Positions 8,801-17,600 of a DNA stretch of 43,890 bases are shown here, piece after piece. The stretch's first letter is position 1. The number at the start of each line of letters is the position of its first letter. Under the pieces are notes generated by a model, which saw only the letters and a program-made list of their open reading frames with translations, ran no database searches and had not been told where the DNA came from. The stretch is taken from the NCBI GenBank assembly GCA_020536535.1, contig JAHLWZ010000931.1:1-43890 (forward strand), read 5' to 3'. The DNA comes from Pelomyxa schiedti. Taxonomy: Eukaryota > Protista > Evosea. The position numbers and the translations under genes are program-made.

Positions 8801-11696
8801 CATCAGTTAGATCCATTGTAAAGGGTTGATTGAGAAGAGGCTTAATTTCAGACTGAACTTCAAGGCATTGCTGTAGCCCAAAGTGAAACTTGAGTACACT
8901 CAGCCCCCAGTACTTGTATAAATCCAGGGATGTGTCCTCACCTAGAAGTTGGTTCAGCTGAGACAGTAGAATTTTGGCTTCATCAAAGTCAAGCTGAAAA
9001 CGCTTTGTTTCTGATGAATCAAGGTTCAATTCTTTTGCATGGGTCAAGCAGAAAGTTGAGAAATTTCCATGACCTAACAAACTAAAATCACGAACTCCAA
9101 AGAATTGGTTTAACTTGCATTCCACAGAAACCAGGGCAGCCAGGCCACTCTGTCTACTTTTGGTTTCAGACAAGAATTCTTTTTGTGCTTGTTGAACAAT
9201 CTCAGGAGAAGAGCAAACCACAGTAGGGGAAAACATCCTATCTGGTGGAGAGACCGAATTGATTTTATGTGACAAATCAGAATTCTTTGAAATAAATTCA
9301 ATCAATGACATTGGGGCATCAGAATGGACTTCCACACCAAGCAAGGCAAAGTATGTGGTCTCCAACCGGAACAGTAAGTCCGCAAAGTTTCCTTCCTGAA
9401 CATATACTTTGTTGACAAGTTGGCGGCCAATTTCAGTGTAATCTTTTGATAAGTTCTCAACCCCAATAGCTGCTTGTGATGTAGGAGGAATTTGCGCTGC
9501 AGCAAACATTACAAATGATGATATGACATTCACATCCAGATTGCCATGGGAGTCTGATAATAAATTCTTTTCTACAAATTGCTTTACCAACCTAAACTTC
9601 TTAGCATTGGAGCGTTTTTTTGTTTCGATGATATGCTTGAGTGTCATGTACAAGTCCACACCTGTATGATCTGGCTCCTCAAGCCAACTTCTAGTTAACT
9701 TGGTGTACTTTCTGCCATAGTTTCCTTCCTGAGCACGTTGAAAACGGCTTGCACATACCTGCAACCACTGCAAAAAAGAAGCCCCAGTGCATCTTATCCC
9801 TGCACTGCTCAAAGAGGGGCAGGAATATTTTCCTTGACAAAATTGCAATAATCCACGTTCCACATTCCACTCTCTGTTCCCCATATTCCTGGAAAACTCG
9901 GTAGCAATCATAGACCACAAATCGTCCAATGTTACTGGTGGGAATTCATCTTTTCCCTCCGGCAAAGAGAAAAGTCTAATGACCAATGGCTGCTTATGTA
10001 GGTTGCCTAAGCCAATGTCTGCAAACTCTTTGAACGACTTGAAGTCTGAAATGGAGTTAAGGATGAAGTGTTCAAGATCATGAAGTGTGCAAAGGTGGTT
10101 AGTCTTGGTAAAGGTCCACGTTGCCCCAGTAACACCATTAATGAGCCTACTGAGGACATTGAGGCGTTGTTGAACAACCCAGGGAACCCTGCTGTGCATT
10201 CGCCTTACTTCGGAAGACAGAGTGTGGAGATCCAGAAAGCCTTTTTCGCATAAAACACTCTCTTGTATTTGTTTGAATTGACTCAAGGCCCTGTCATCCC
10301 ACGTATCTGGGCTCCGCAAAGTTGGGGAGTTACTTTCTCCCTCACTTTCTTTTTCTGGGTGTGAATCTCTTTCACTGTTCTTTTGTAGTCTGCAGTCATC
10401 ACTAGTTTGTAAGTACCTTCGTGGACCTCTGTTCCAGTCTGAGTATCTTCCTCTGGGTTGATCACTGTCCATGGGCCGATCATATCTATTATAAGATCGT
10501 CTGTCTTCCTCACGTGAATCACTCCTCCATGAAGACTCCTGCTCTCTCCTTGGTCCTCCATAATGTGGTGGGGGTTCATATCTCCTCTCCAGAGGTTTCT
10601 CTTGTGGGGATTCTTCCCTTTTGTATGCCACATCTTCAACTCTTCCAGGTCTGACAACTCTCCCAGATTGGTCCTGCAGCGCTGACACTACCTGGCTGGC
10701 TTCTTTCTCAATCACTTGCTTTTGCTTCGGCTGCTCGACCTCCTGTTTCTCTACAGCATCATTGTCACTGGAATCGTTATTATCGTCGCCGTCGCCGTCG
10801 CCATCCCCATCTCCGTCTCCGTCTCCGTCTCCGTCACCATCTCCATCGCCATCACTCTTTTCTTCTTTGTCATCCTCCTCTTCCTTCTCCTCCTCTTCCT
10901 CTTCCTCCTCTTCCTTCTCCTCTTCCTCTTCCTCTTCCTTCTCCTCGTCTTTATTCCCATCCTCATCATCCCCCTCCTCCTGCGCCTCATCGTCGTCTTT
11001 GTCTTCGTCTTCGTCCCCTTCTTTATCATCATCCTCATCACCCCCGCTGCCATTGGTGTCGCCCGGCACTTCCGCCTCCTCCCTCGCTTCCCCATCCGCA
11101 TCCCCATTGCCATCCTCCTCATCATCCTCAGCCTCCTCCTCCTCTTCATCATCACCATCCTCGTCCTCATCCTCCTTCTCCTCGTCGTTATCATCGTCGT
11201 GGCCTTTGGTATCCAGTGGTTGGGCATGAGGGGGTGCCATCGACGGGAGCCTCACTACGCTCTCTGTCATGATGCCAATTTTTTCGCCCTCTGCTTCGTT
11301 GTCATCCTCCTCACTCACTTGTTGTGGACGTTGTTGTTGCTTCGCATGCAAAATAACAGCTTCCTGGGGTGGTTGTGGCGGCGGAGTTGTTTTTTTGATG
11401 GTGATGGTCAACTTGCTTTGCTGTTGCTGTTTTTGTGTCCTTATGAGGTCGCACTGCTGCTTTTGCAGAGTAAGGAGTTGCTGTCTTAACTGCTGTTGTT
11501 GCCGTTGCTGTATTTGTTGTTGAACTTGTTGTTGCCTGTACCACTCCCGTTCTGCTTGAAAATCGAACTGCTGTGGTTGCACTTTCGGTTGTGGCGACAC
11601 AGGTGTGTGAGGAACCGTTACGCTTGGAGTGACCGTCGGGAGTTTGGGCATTGTGGGAGGCACCGCAGTGCCGCCCCGGCGTGGGTACGTGTACAT
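2868..11696 (-). CDS. NO VEIN-like protein (sacsin-type GHKL ATPase + C-terminal DUF3883 nuclease-like domain), ~2940 aa, intronless
   Basis: Single ORF, first ATG at 11696 (MYTYPRR). Motifs LYSEDVHFVMELIQNADD, NNECGF, IGHKGIGFKSVF, FAFLPLRSYGLKFIIHADWEVTSSRE; C-terminal GRWGE...PYDI...YIEVKTS. Confidence 0.88.
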   Translation of the reverse strand: MYTYPRRGGTAVPPTMPKLPTVTPSVTVPHTPVSPQPKVQPQQFDFQAEREWYRQQQVQQQIQQRQQQQLRQQLLTLQKQQCDLIRTQKQQQQSKLTITIKKTTPPPQPPQEAVILHAKQQQRPQQVSEEDDNEAEGEKIGIMTESVVRLPSMAPPHAQPLDTKGHDDDNDEEKEDEDEDGDDEEEEEAEDDEEDGNGDADGEAREEAEVPGDTNGSGGDEDDDKEGDEDEDKDDDEAQEEGDDEDGNKDEEKEEEEEEEKEEEEEEEEEKEEEDDKEEKSDGDGDGDGDGDGDGDGDGDGDGDDNNDSSDNDAVEKQEVEQPKQKQVIEKEASQVVSALQDQSGRVVRPGRVEDVAYKREESPQEKPLERRYEPPPHYGGPRREQESSWRSDSREEDRRSYNRYDRPMDSDQPRGRYSDWNRGPRRYLQTSDDCRLQKNSERDSHPEKESEGESNSPTLRSPDTWDDRALSQFKQIQESVLCEKGFLDLHTLSSEVRRMHSRVPWVVQQRLNVLSRLINGVTGATWTFTKTNHLCTLHDLEHFILNSISDFKSFKEFADIGLGNLHKQPLVIRLFSLPEGKDEFPPVTLDDLWSMIATEFSRNMGNREWNVERGLLQFCQGKYSCPSLSSAGIRCTGASFLQWLQVCASRFQRAQEGNYGRKYTKLTRSWLEEPDHTGVDLYMTLKHIIETKKRSNAKKFRLVKQFVEKNLLSDSHGNLDVNVISSFVMFAAAQIPPTSQAAIGVENLSKDYTEIGRQLVNKVYVQEGNFADLLFRLETTYFALLGVEVHSDAPMSLIEFISKNSDLSHKINSVSPPDRMFSPTVVCSSPEIVQQAQKEFLSETKSRQSGLAALVSVECKLNQFFGVRDFSLLGHGNFSTFCLTHAKELNLDSSETKRFQLDFDEAKILLSQLNQLLGEDTSLDLYKYWGLSVLKFHFGLQQCLEVQSEIKPLLNQPFTMDLTDEHFKQLTPVVIFLQSQQMKGMGVETMADDVLERDHFISEEQVWDILVLAPMMVDLSQWAHWECSFETSLGPLSSVLRQIPSRLQECFKVLQYKAGHFMRWSPKLANLRVFEEAVNQHAHIASAISLFCMCVESDGQVAFDLTREIVESSFKERDTSDCLKWVIKTIATLPDHLQKTLGEPVFMEAFHKAFPGSSNRETIEPSDLSEALCLSRIQLRPLRPWITDAVIATPIPLDNSVKMKMESDSDEKSIVSLSAYLEPVSNTDIVEEEDMNSTHPRNTTTLEEDVSSTFQCALQCTGTVIDTRLLSKADIDALASLRSMASRSIERLCLDLYSEDVHFVMELIQNADDNDYPKGAVPMLLIKREEACIVFENNECGFSASNILALCSVGASTKAGRQGCIGHKGIGFKSVFKVSQKPQIHSRWWHFMFDTTKGVLGYVTPTQIEPPPGWDKNAAWTRIILPLNHTDSKEASIFSQLDIDPSILLFLNKLCVIKLEDRCLNSVRELRRQVLPESLAETTEVVGSHVNKVLWIVPRLQARPSSLKPSHHAVVSDTEITLAFPVQSSTLDLKQQKVFAFLPLRSYGLKFIIHADWEVTSSREAIDASSAWNQWLRAQIPSAFAQTISIFVRHATHLFSLSQLGDDDKKHPMEGIVTGHQLLSLLLHFIPLKGQVQEFFTPIVDPILSHVRGLKFVPDINGEFCSPTSTVLPVHGLDIAKTQPILKSMGLSFVDPLVGIEPEIASSVGIHVINVPFLIMLLGHVSQSWATATDVDCLWLISALVLFERDKQCSSHIEDLKKLSVFPFADGSVSNFSKAVYDTSELERYGTLPNAIVSSIRALSHSFRIELLRHQGAARLLTQLGLQPARGHEFICNSIIPLLAGSVLSNEDHVILLTFAMNHTRDCVQCTSGKLEETMIKRHGHIQVLVKLGSGNHEFTNPLEDKVFFPVAYLTDKEVSLEGLCPSTFLFLSPLYVQHTTATFRQQWRDFMERLGVHLFLPLSKEPSLLEQLLRQELDASKSRKLVHLFHSHWKELGPVREANPSIKRTLQTLPWVLSDKGSFMRPPELFFKEKNIVSILGGLVSYCVAHTSENKYLLEELGVHATITTDIVIDKLSSLSTTGHLTIRPPSLFPMYKWLAREVRDADKNTATRLRTKLAKLRWVLCIEDDCSIMKKAEECVWTDSAHLWLPTPTLSLGAKDLILHSNCHVTPLIEQYKDDKDDMMKALLELGVPEMPSLESYIRLLIYCAQAETGDAVQVALRILCNFVYFADEEARQRLRAKRMEGKEEDDAVQGTNDNPYSSSAFASELKNKIGHLPVIPTISKTWTAPSDRFLFVDSSEEVHKMFEGCHESLKWALVDINTVYPKLFIKGCAKDTQNIYRILKIPFACDYLTTNVLCSQTIPASESDRLLLACIARVAQWSIENPSLEVNSKLRVALSTLRLIKCNKLQTEFVLSVPSTQDTSSALQIHCLPKKREDHDALFEPAPKKWDDVTKPITLYLSQACTPAKIIRELSSLVEAITQNRQLVRIIDGVSDTWCNLSPEQAKISVDLYCNSQLPHRPHDTTNAEEPWIPFPVSKRPVVPPAPPVSPPSVDVSSKPLPSTTKPSIPSPARTTPESLIELTIAAQNRDRQRAIASKSESQSTEKEHFPSPSLETRAPNVPVARENKPLSSLPEVGTPSVSPTETQPRAFESLQTSVRQEPLTPTPAKQAGSVVENSQESPSPPQQANTVESASAPAPTEIPEKPTKAKVPHIQVSLKTIHASHSADVCAEAGTAQFPSAPKVSLSKISIPVDTTNEAETSADGCQSVKVKPLFYKSLQPGTGRWGENLVASVVSTMPEFSDVVWVNETGESRCPYDITALRSIPQQHQQQEATAATSTTVTETETEAQTTATTTQPAEQSQMHYIEVKTSKQKGKQPKTMSFSISMPEILFACTHKSHYEVWFVCLGSGDDITITRIPNITTASSNIHLLMSIDT
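10760..11200 (-). repeat. Acidic low-complexity coding tract (poly-E/D, DG repeats) within the NO VEIN-like gene
   Basis: Imperfect tri- and hexanucleotide repeats (tcc/tct/tcgccg on plus strand) encoding EEEE and DGDGDG on the minus strand. Confidence 0.85.
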
Positions 11697-11812
11697 CCCC
11701 AACTTGCCCCCAGTAACACGAAATCTGTTGGCTTGTGCGCCTCCAGGCGTTCTCAGGAGCTTTTTTGGATAGAAAATCAATTTAAGGTAAAAGCAATTGA
11801 GAAAGAAGTTGG

Positions 11813-14566
11813 ATGACAACAGCCCAACAGCCAGTGTACCTCAAATCCTTACAGAGGTCACATTCACTAGTAATTGGCAGCAGGAAATCTGTGAGTGTCC
11901 GTGGCCAATCTCTTTCCGTTTTTTTTGCCCTTTCAATTTTGCTCTCATTAACCCTTGCTGTATTGAAGACGCTCCTCGACGAATCGTCGGCTAGTGATGT
12001 AGACGCAGTCCCTCAGTCGCCCTCATTGCTGTCTCAGTCCAACCCCAACTTGGCCGCCACGTGGACTTCCACCACCCCTGCAACCCACAATTACGGGTCG
12101 TCCCCTACTTCTTCCTCTTCCCCCCTGTCGTCGTCTCCTCCGCATCCTCGGCCTTTTTTGCGCTCAACATCTCTTGCAATTCACTCTCCAATCTCCAGTT
12201 CCGCTGATTTTTCCTCGCCCTCGCCGTCGACTTCGACTTCGACTTCGACTTCGACTTCGACTTCGACTTCGACTTCGACTTCGACTTCGACTTCGACTTC
12301 GACTTCGACTTCGACGTCCTCGTCCTCGTCCTCGTCAGTGCCATCTTCGTCGTCAGCTTTGAGTGCCTCTTTGAGTGTGGGGACACCAGGACGTGGTTCG
12401 ACGCTGGCGAAGGGGGAAGTTGTTTTTGAATCTGCTCAGGAAACTCAAATTGATGTGGAATCACTCGCCCATTATTTGGAAATTGTCACTGAATCATTCA
12501 AGACTGTGGGCGAAGCTATGATCGCCCCATGTCGCACTCTCATACGTGGTATTTTACTACTTCATGCTCATTAATGAGATTGTTTCGCTCTCAAGTAATT
12601 CTCATATTACAATCGGAATATCCCTTGTTCCGTTCTTAGGATACAATGTACAACCGCCTGTGGTGAAAATTCCACTTAAGAAACTTATTGACTCCATTTC
12701 CCATTTGACGGTTATTGGCCCACCTTTCTTCTTTTTGATGTTGAAAATACATAGACGAAGGATCCACAGTCTAAAGTGCACATCGCCAAAATTGCATCTG
12801 GACACACACCATATTGCCCTGGTAGGCTGACTTTTTCCTGCCCTCAATAATAGTAAGGAAAGGATAAAAGATATTGCAACATCTATTACACGGCTTTCCT
12901 TTACTTGGATATCTGGCGATCACACTGCGTCAGTCAGCCTAAAAGGGTGGCGCTGTTTGTTCCACAAGTCTGCATCCAATGTAAGCCGATATCCCGACTC
13001 TGTTTTCACTCATTTTGGGCAGCCGGACCAGTGGTGGGACGCTCTTCCTGATGGAGTATTTGGTACCAGTCACCGCTCTCTAAAGCACATATCTCAACAC
13101 AGTGGCTGCCTTATGAATTGCTGGACTGCTCGGTAAACATTCCTCCACTTCGCAATACCTTTCCTTAAGAGCAGGCGGAAGAATAGGAAATAATGTTCTC
13201 ATTCGATCTGGAATCATCGACACTCTTGACAAAATCAAGCAGTTCCAGGCTGTCTTATGTAAAGAAATTCCAAACCGACCAAAAATTGTCAGAATTTCTA
13301 GTCTGTCTCTTGTTTATACAACCTCGTTAAATGAATGTAGTGCTACATATTGAATTCCTCGCTTTTCACCTTTTTTGTTAGCAGAAACAACAATGGCGAA
13401 AACACAACATTCCCTGATGGAAGAACAAGAACCTTTTTGGCGCTCATGTAAATTTCCTTCAGTATTTCTTATCTTAACCTCTTTACAGGTAATTTTGAAA
13501 CAGCTCATTTGGTTAGATGCTTTTCTTACAATCTTTTCTCATGATGTCTTATTTAGAATTTACCTGGAAGTATGACCGAAGTTTTGAAGTTCAAGCTCGA
13601 TGAAGCTGTAATCTTGTTCCATTTCCAATAGCACCTTTCATTCTTGTAGGACTCTCGGGCAATAAATGAGTCATCAGTTAGAAAGTACTGCAAGTGGATT
13701 GTTGAGGACACTTTTTTCTTGGGGTTGGATGTTCCTTCAGCAGAGTGCATGGATATTTTGTTTCACGCTCCAGAGACCAATGCTGCCATACCGCTATTGG
13801 AAGCCAACCTGAGGTCCCTCCTTTCTGCCAACACCCCCAAGACAAAATCGTTTTCCCAATTCCGGCTTTACTCCGCCCTACGACTGTTGATATCTTTCGT
13901 TCAGGTTTTCGTTTCAAAAAGCCCCAGACTTTTGACTAACTGACCACGTAAAGTCCCTTGGCAGCAGTGGAGTTCTGATAAGAGTGCAACAGTTAATGGC
14001 CGTCAGCACAATCAATTACCTTCTAGGAGTTGTATCGGCAATAAACTGCAAAAGTGGATGTGATAGAACTGGAGTAATGTTTGCCCTCGCCTCTGCCATC
14101 ACGTAAGCCAAGCGCAAATACCATCCATTATTATGCACTTACAAGTCAAACAAACAGAATGTTGCTTGAAACCCGGAACAGTGCCGAAACAATAGAACGA
14201 CTTGTGGATATGATACACAGCTACCACCTCATGATGGACACCACATCCCTAGGAAGCACAGTGAAGAAACTAAAGAAGTGGCTCAACGGGCCCTTTGTGA
14301 CCGAGTCACTCCTGCTCATGCTGGAGCTGCGCAACTGCTTCTTCTCCAACTTGATGGAGATAGGCTGGCCTGTGGTCATTCTGGCCACCGGGACACCAGG
14401 ACTCAAGGTGGGCACAACTGGTAGCATGTTTGCAAATGCTGTTGTGAGGCAACTGGTGCCGCCATTTGTGGTGGTGGGCAGCAGCACACTCTCGGCTAAT
14501 GAGATGTGTGATTTGCTTGTTGGCGCTTCCTTCCTTCGTGGAGGCAACTTGGGAAAAAAGATATGA
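11813..14566 (+). CDS. IpgD/SopB-like CX5R inositol/phosphoinositide phosphatase, multi-exon
   Basis: Exon at ~13981-14102 reads ...GVVSAINCKSGCDRTGVMFA (motif at 14044-14073). Downstream ATGTPGLKV resembles IpgD NTGVPGNKV; upstream LMNCWT and LIRSGII fit the family. Ser/Thr-rich N-terminus; many short GT-AG introns (e.g. GTGAGT at 11891). Confidence 0.72.
12227..12310 (+). repeat. (TCGACT)14 perfect hexamer repeat encoding a Ser-Thr run
   Basis: 14 perfect units counted directly; in frame with the 11813 ORF. Confidence 0.9.
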
Positions 14567-14632
14567 AATTGTTTATTCAGCAGTCATTAGCACAAAGGGG
14601 TTTTTTTTTTTGAAGGGTGTATTTGTGCCAGA

Positions 14633-17600
14633 CTAGAAGGAAAGCATTCCAGACGAATCCACAATCCTCTGTACAAGGGATAGCATTTCTCGTACATCAA
14701 CTACGATACATAGGGAGCCTTCATTCCATGTAAGGGCACAGCGTGGGCTGGCAAGAACATCTGCGGCCTCGCACTTCAAGTGGTGAACGCCACCCTCTTG
14801 CTTGAACCACACTATGCGACCCAAGTTGAGGGGAACTGGCAAATTGCTCTCGTTGGTGTAGTCACCCTGCTGTATCTTCCTCAGGGCGGCCGAGTTCATT
14901 TGTTGTCTGGTGGCCTCCACTACATCCCCGGTGATTGTCACTAGACAAGTGCGGTCGCTGCCTCCCGCGTTGCTGAATATCGACTCAAGCCTTACACCCG
15001 GTTCTACTGCGGATGGAACAGGAGTTGTCAATAGCCGCCTGTACTCAATGCCAGCACAAGCCTGGGTGTTGTAACGAATCCAACGTGTCCACATCCAAGT
15101 ACCTTCAGGGCCTGGGTGGTGCTCACTCGTGATGATGAAGTGACCATAACCTGTAAAAAAGTAATTAGAAGCGACCTTTTTGTGTTGGATACTCACTCCT
15201 CTTATGGCACGGGAATATAACGAGGACACTCCCTGCAGTTCCTTCACGCTCAAGCTGTTCCTCAAATTGTCTCATTTTATCTCCAACTGCTGCAACCACT
15301 GCACCAATGTCAGCAATGGTTTGTTCTTGCGCCTCACTCAGCATGGCATGGTAGCCTGGTTCATCAGCCAAAGCAACAACACATAATTGCACTTGCGCAA
15401 GTCGTGCATATTTGATGTGAGGGGGCAAGTCGCTATGATCCAAGAGCTGAATGTAGTGTGCAAGCTCGTGTGCAATCCCTGGCCTGTTTCCAATGCGGAA
15501 CCGCGAAATGAAAGCACTGGCGTCGTGAGCTTGTTTGTTTAGGCGTTCACGAACGGCTTGGAGATGTGGCCCAGCAACTTCGGCATTTGGGAACAGGCGG
15601 AACTCGGTTGCGGGCGTGGAAGTTGGTGCGGCCGGTACTGCTGGGGCAGGGCTTGCGGGTGTGGCTGGTGACGGAGTGGACGGAGTGGTTGCAACAGTAA
15701 CTGTGTGTACCTCGATTCCCTTTCGGAGAGGCTGCTCAAAGTGTTGTGTAAGCTTCTCCATATCTTCTCGTGAGAGGATGTTGACAGGATTAGATGCAGC
15801 CGCTTCGAGAAGTTCAAAGTAGTGCTCTGCTCTGTTAAGTGTTTAGGGACAACAAGGTGGGTAACCACTTACCTTTGCTTCAAAGTGGTGAGTTGGAAAC
15901 AGGGAATTTTTTCCAGTGCTTCGGTATCCAGTGGTCTGAAAGTTTTGGTATTTGTGACGTTGCGCGAACCAACCACTGTAATGACGTTTTGCATTATCTT
16001 TGGCTTTGACTCGTCCCGTAACACCGTGCCTTCCGGTGATATTTGAATCATGGAGTTATCGTCCAACAAAGGAGGATGGAACAATGCTCGCTCCTTTTCT
16101 ACAATGTAATCAAGTTTCTGAAAAAAATGAGATTCAATTTCAGTGACTGGGGTGTACAGTCTCCTGTCCTGAAAACTCTGCAATTTCGATTCTGCAATGG
16201 GAATGGAGATATGAAATAGTCTCAGAAACGCGGTTAACAAAGGAGGCGACGATATGGTTGAATAGTCGCACAAATAGGGGATTGTTGGCTATTTTTTTTT
16301 AGAGGGAAGGATTTGAATTTCTTGCATACATGGGAGCATGAAAGTAGTGGCGCATTTGGCGAACACTTCCGTTTGCGTAAGAGCTTTTGCAGATGCAACT
16401 GTAGACATGTTTCCAAAGTATTTGGAGGAAACATCTGTTTCAAAGACTTTAGCCCACTCCATAAGTACGGGTAATATGTCTAGGTTGCTGCTCTCTACAA
16501 GTGAGGGCAAAACCAACTTCGGAATTGAAAAAAGAAATCTTCCTGGGGTACTGCAGAGTCATAAGCATCGCTAAATTAAAAGGAATAGGTGTTACTCACG
16601 ATCCATTTATTCCCTTGTATTTGAAGGGCACGTCATCTATTTCAGCGATGCTATTGAGGCACTTCAAGCTTTGAATAAGTTCAGGCAAGTTAAATGGTGT
16701 TGTGTCCTCAAATGAATGTGCGACGAACAGGTGCAATCTATCAATGTTGCATTCACCACTTGTGGCAATCTCATCTGGACTTTTGAGAGTAACTTTTGTG
16801 TTTATGCCATCAGAAATTCGTTTAGCTATTGCTTGTGCCCGAGCAAGAAATACTCCAATTACCCGTGACTCCAGGGTTCTCAAAGAACATAAATGAGCAG
16901 CACCACCCGCAGCTCCAGGAGTGGTACAATGAAGTTCAAATCTTGCCCCATCCATAGTAAAATGAGGCTTGTTACTCTCCAAAACTTCACTCAAATGCAC
17001 AAGATATTCTGCAGGACCCATTAAGGCTGTGTTCTTGATCAAGTCGATAACATATCTAACTTGTTCCATCACTTCTCTGCACATCCTTCTCTCATGGACC
17101 TCTGGGGGACCCCACGTGTCCATGAGAAGAAGCCAATCTTCTTGAAGATGGGCAGCAGCAATGTCTGGCAGAATGCGATAGAGTCGATAAATGAGGTGAT
17201 AAGGAAACTCGGGAACGTGTGCAGGGTCAAGCACTTCAGTGACAGCAGCTTTGATTTCTGGTTCCGTTACAACACTGATCCGCATTTTTCCACACACAAG
17301 CTTAAGTACGGAGTCAATTTGATCCATTGTCCAGATGAAATCACGAACTTTCCCAAGCTTCAATTGTGTCTTGGCAACCCATTGAAGTTGGGTAACCATT
17401 GGGGAGGGTGGGACCTAAAGAAGCATTAACCGTGCTGGGAATGATGAAAGTAGACCTGAAGGGATGACATAATTTCAGCAATTCGGCCGAGTCGAAGTGT
17501 TTCATTGGACATAACTTCAACAAACAAATCTCGATGGAAAGGTTTCTGCCTTGTGGTGACAGAGGGACCGAGTCGGAAACGAAGAACGGACTCGACCTTT

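Noticed and set aside
10621-11489. Long plus-strand Ser-rich and Leu/Phe-rich ORFs
   Set aside because: Antisense shadows of the acidic low-complexity tract of the NO VEIN-like gene.
12227-12310. CRISPR-like or regulatory array
   Set aside because: Simple hexamer microsatellite without spacers, in frame within a eukaryotic coding exon.
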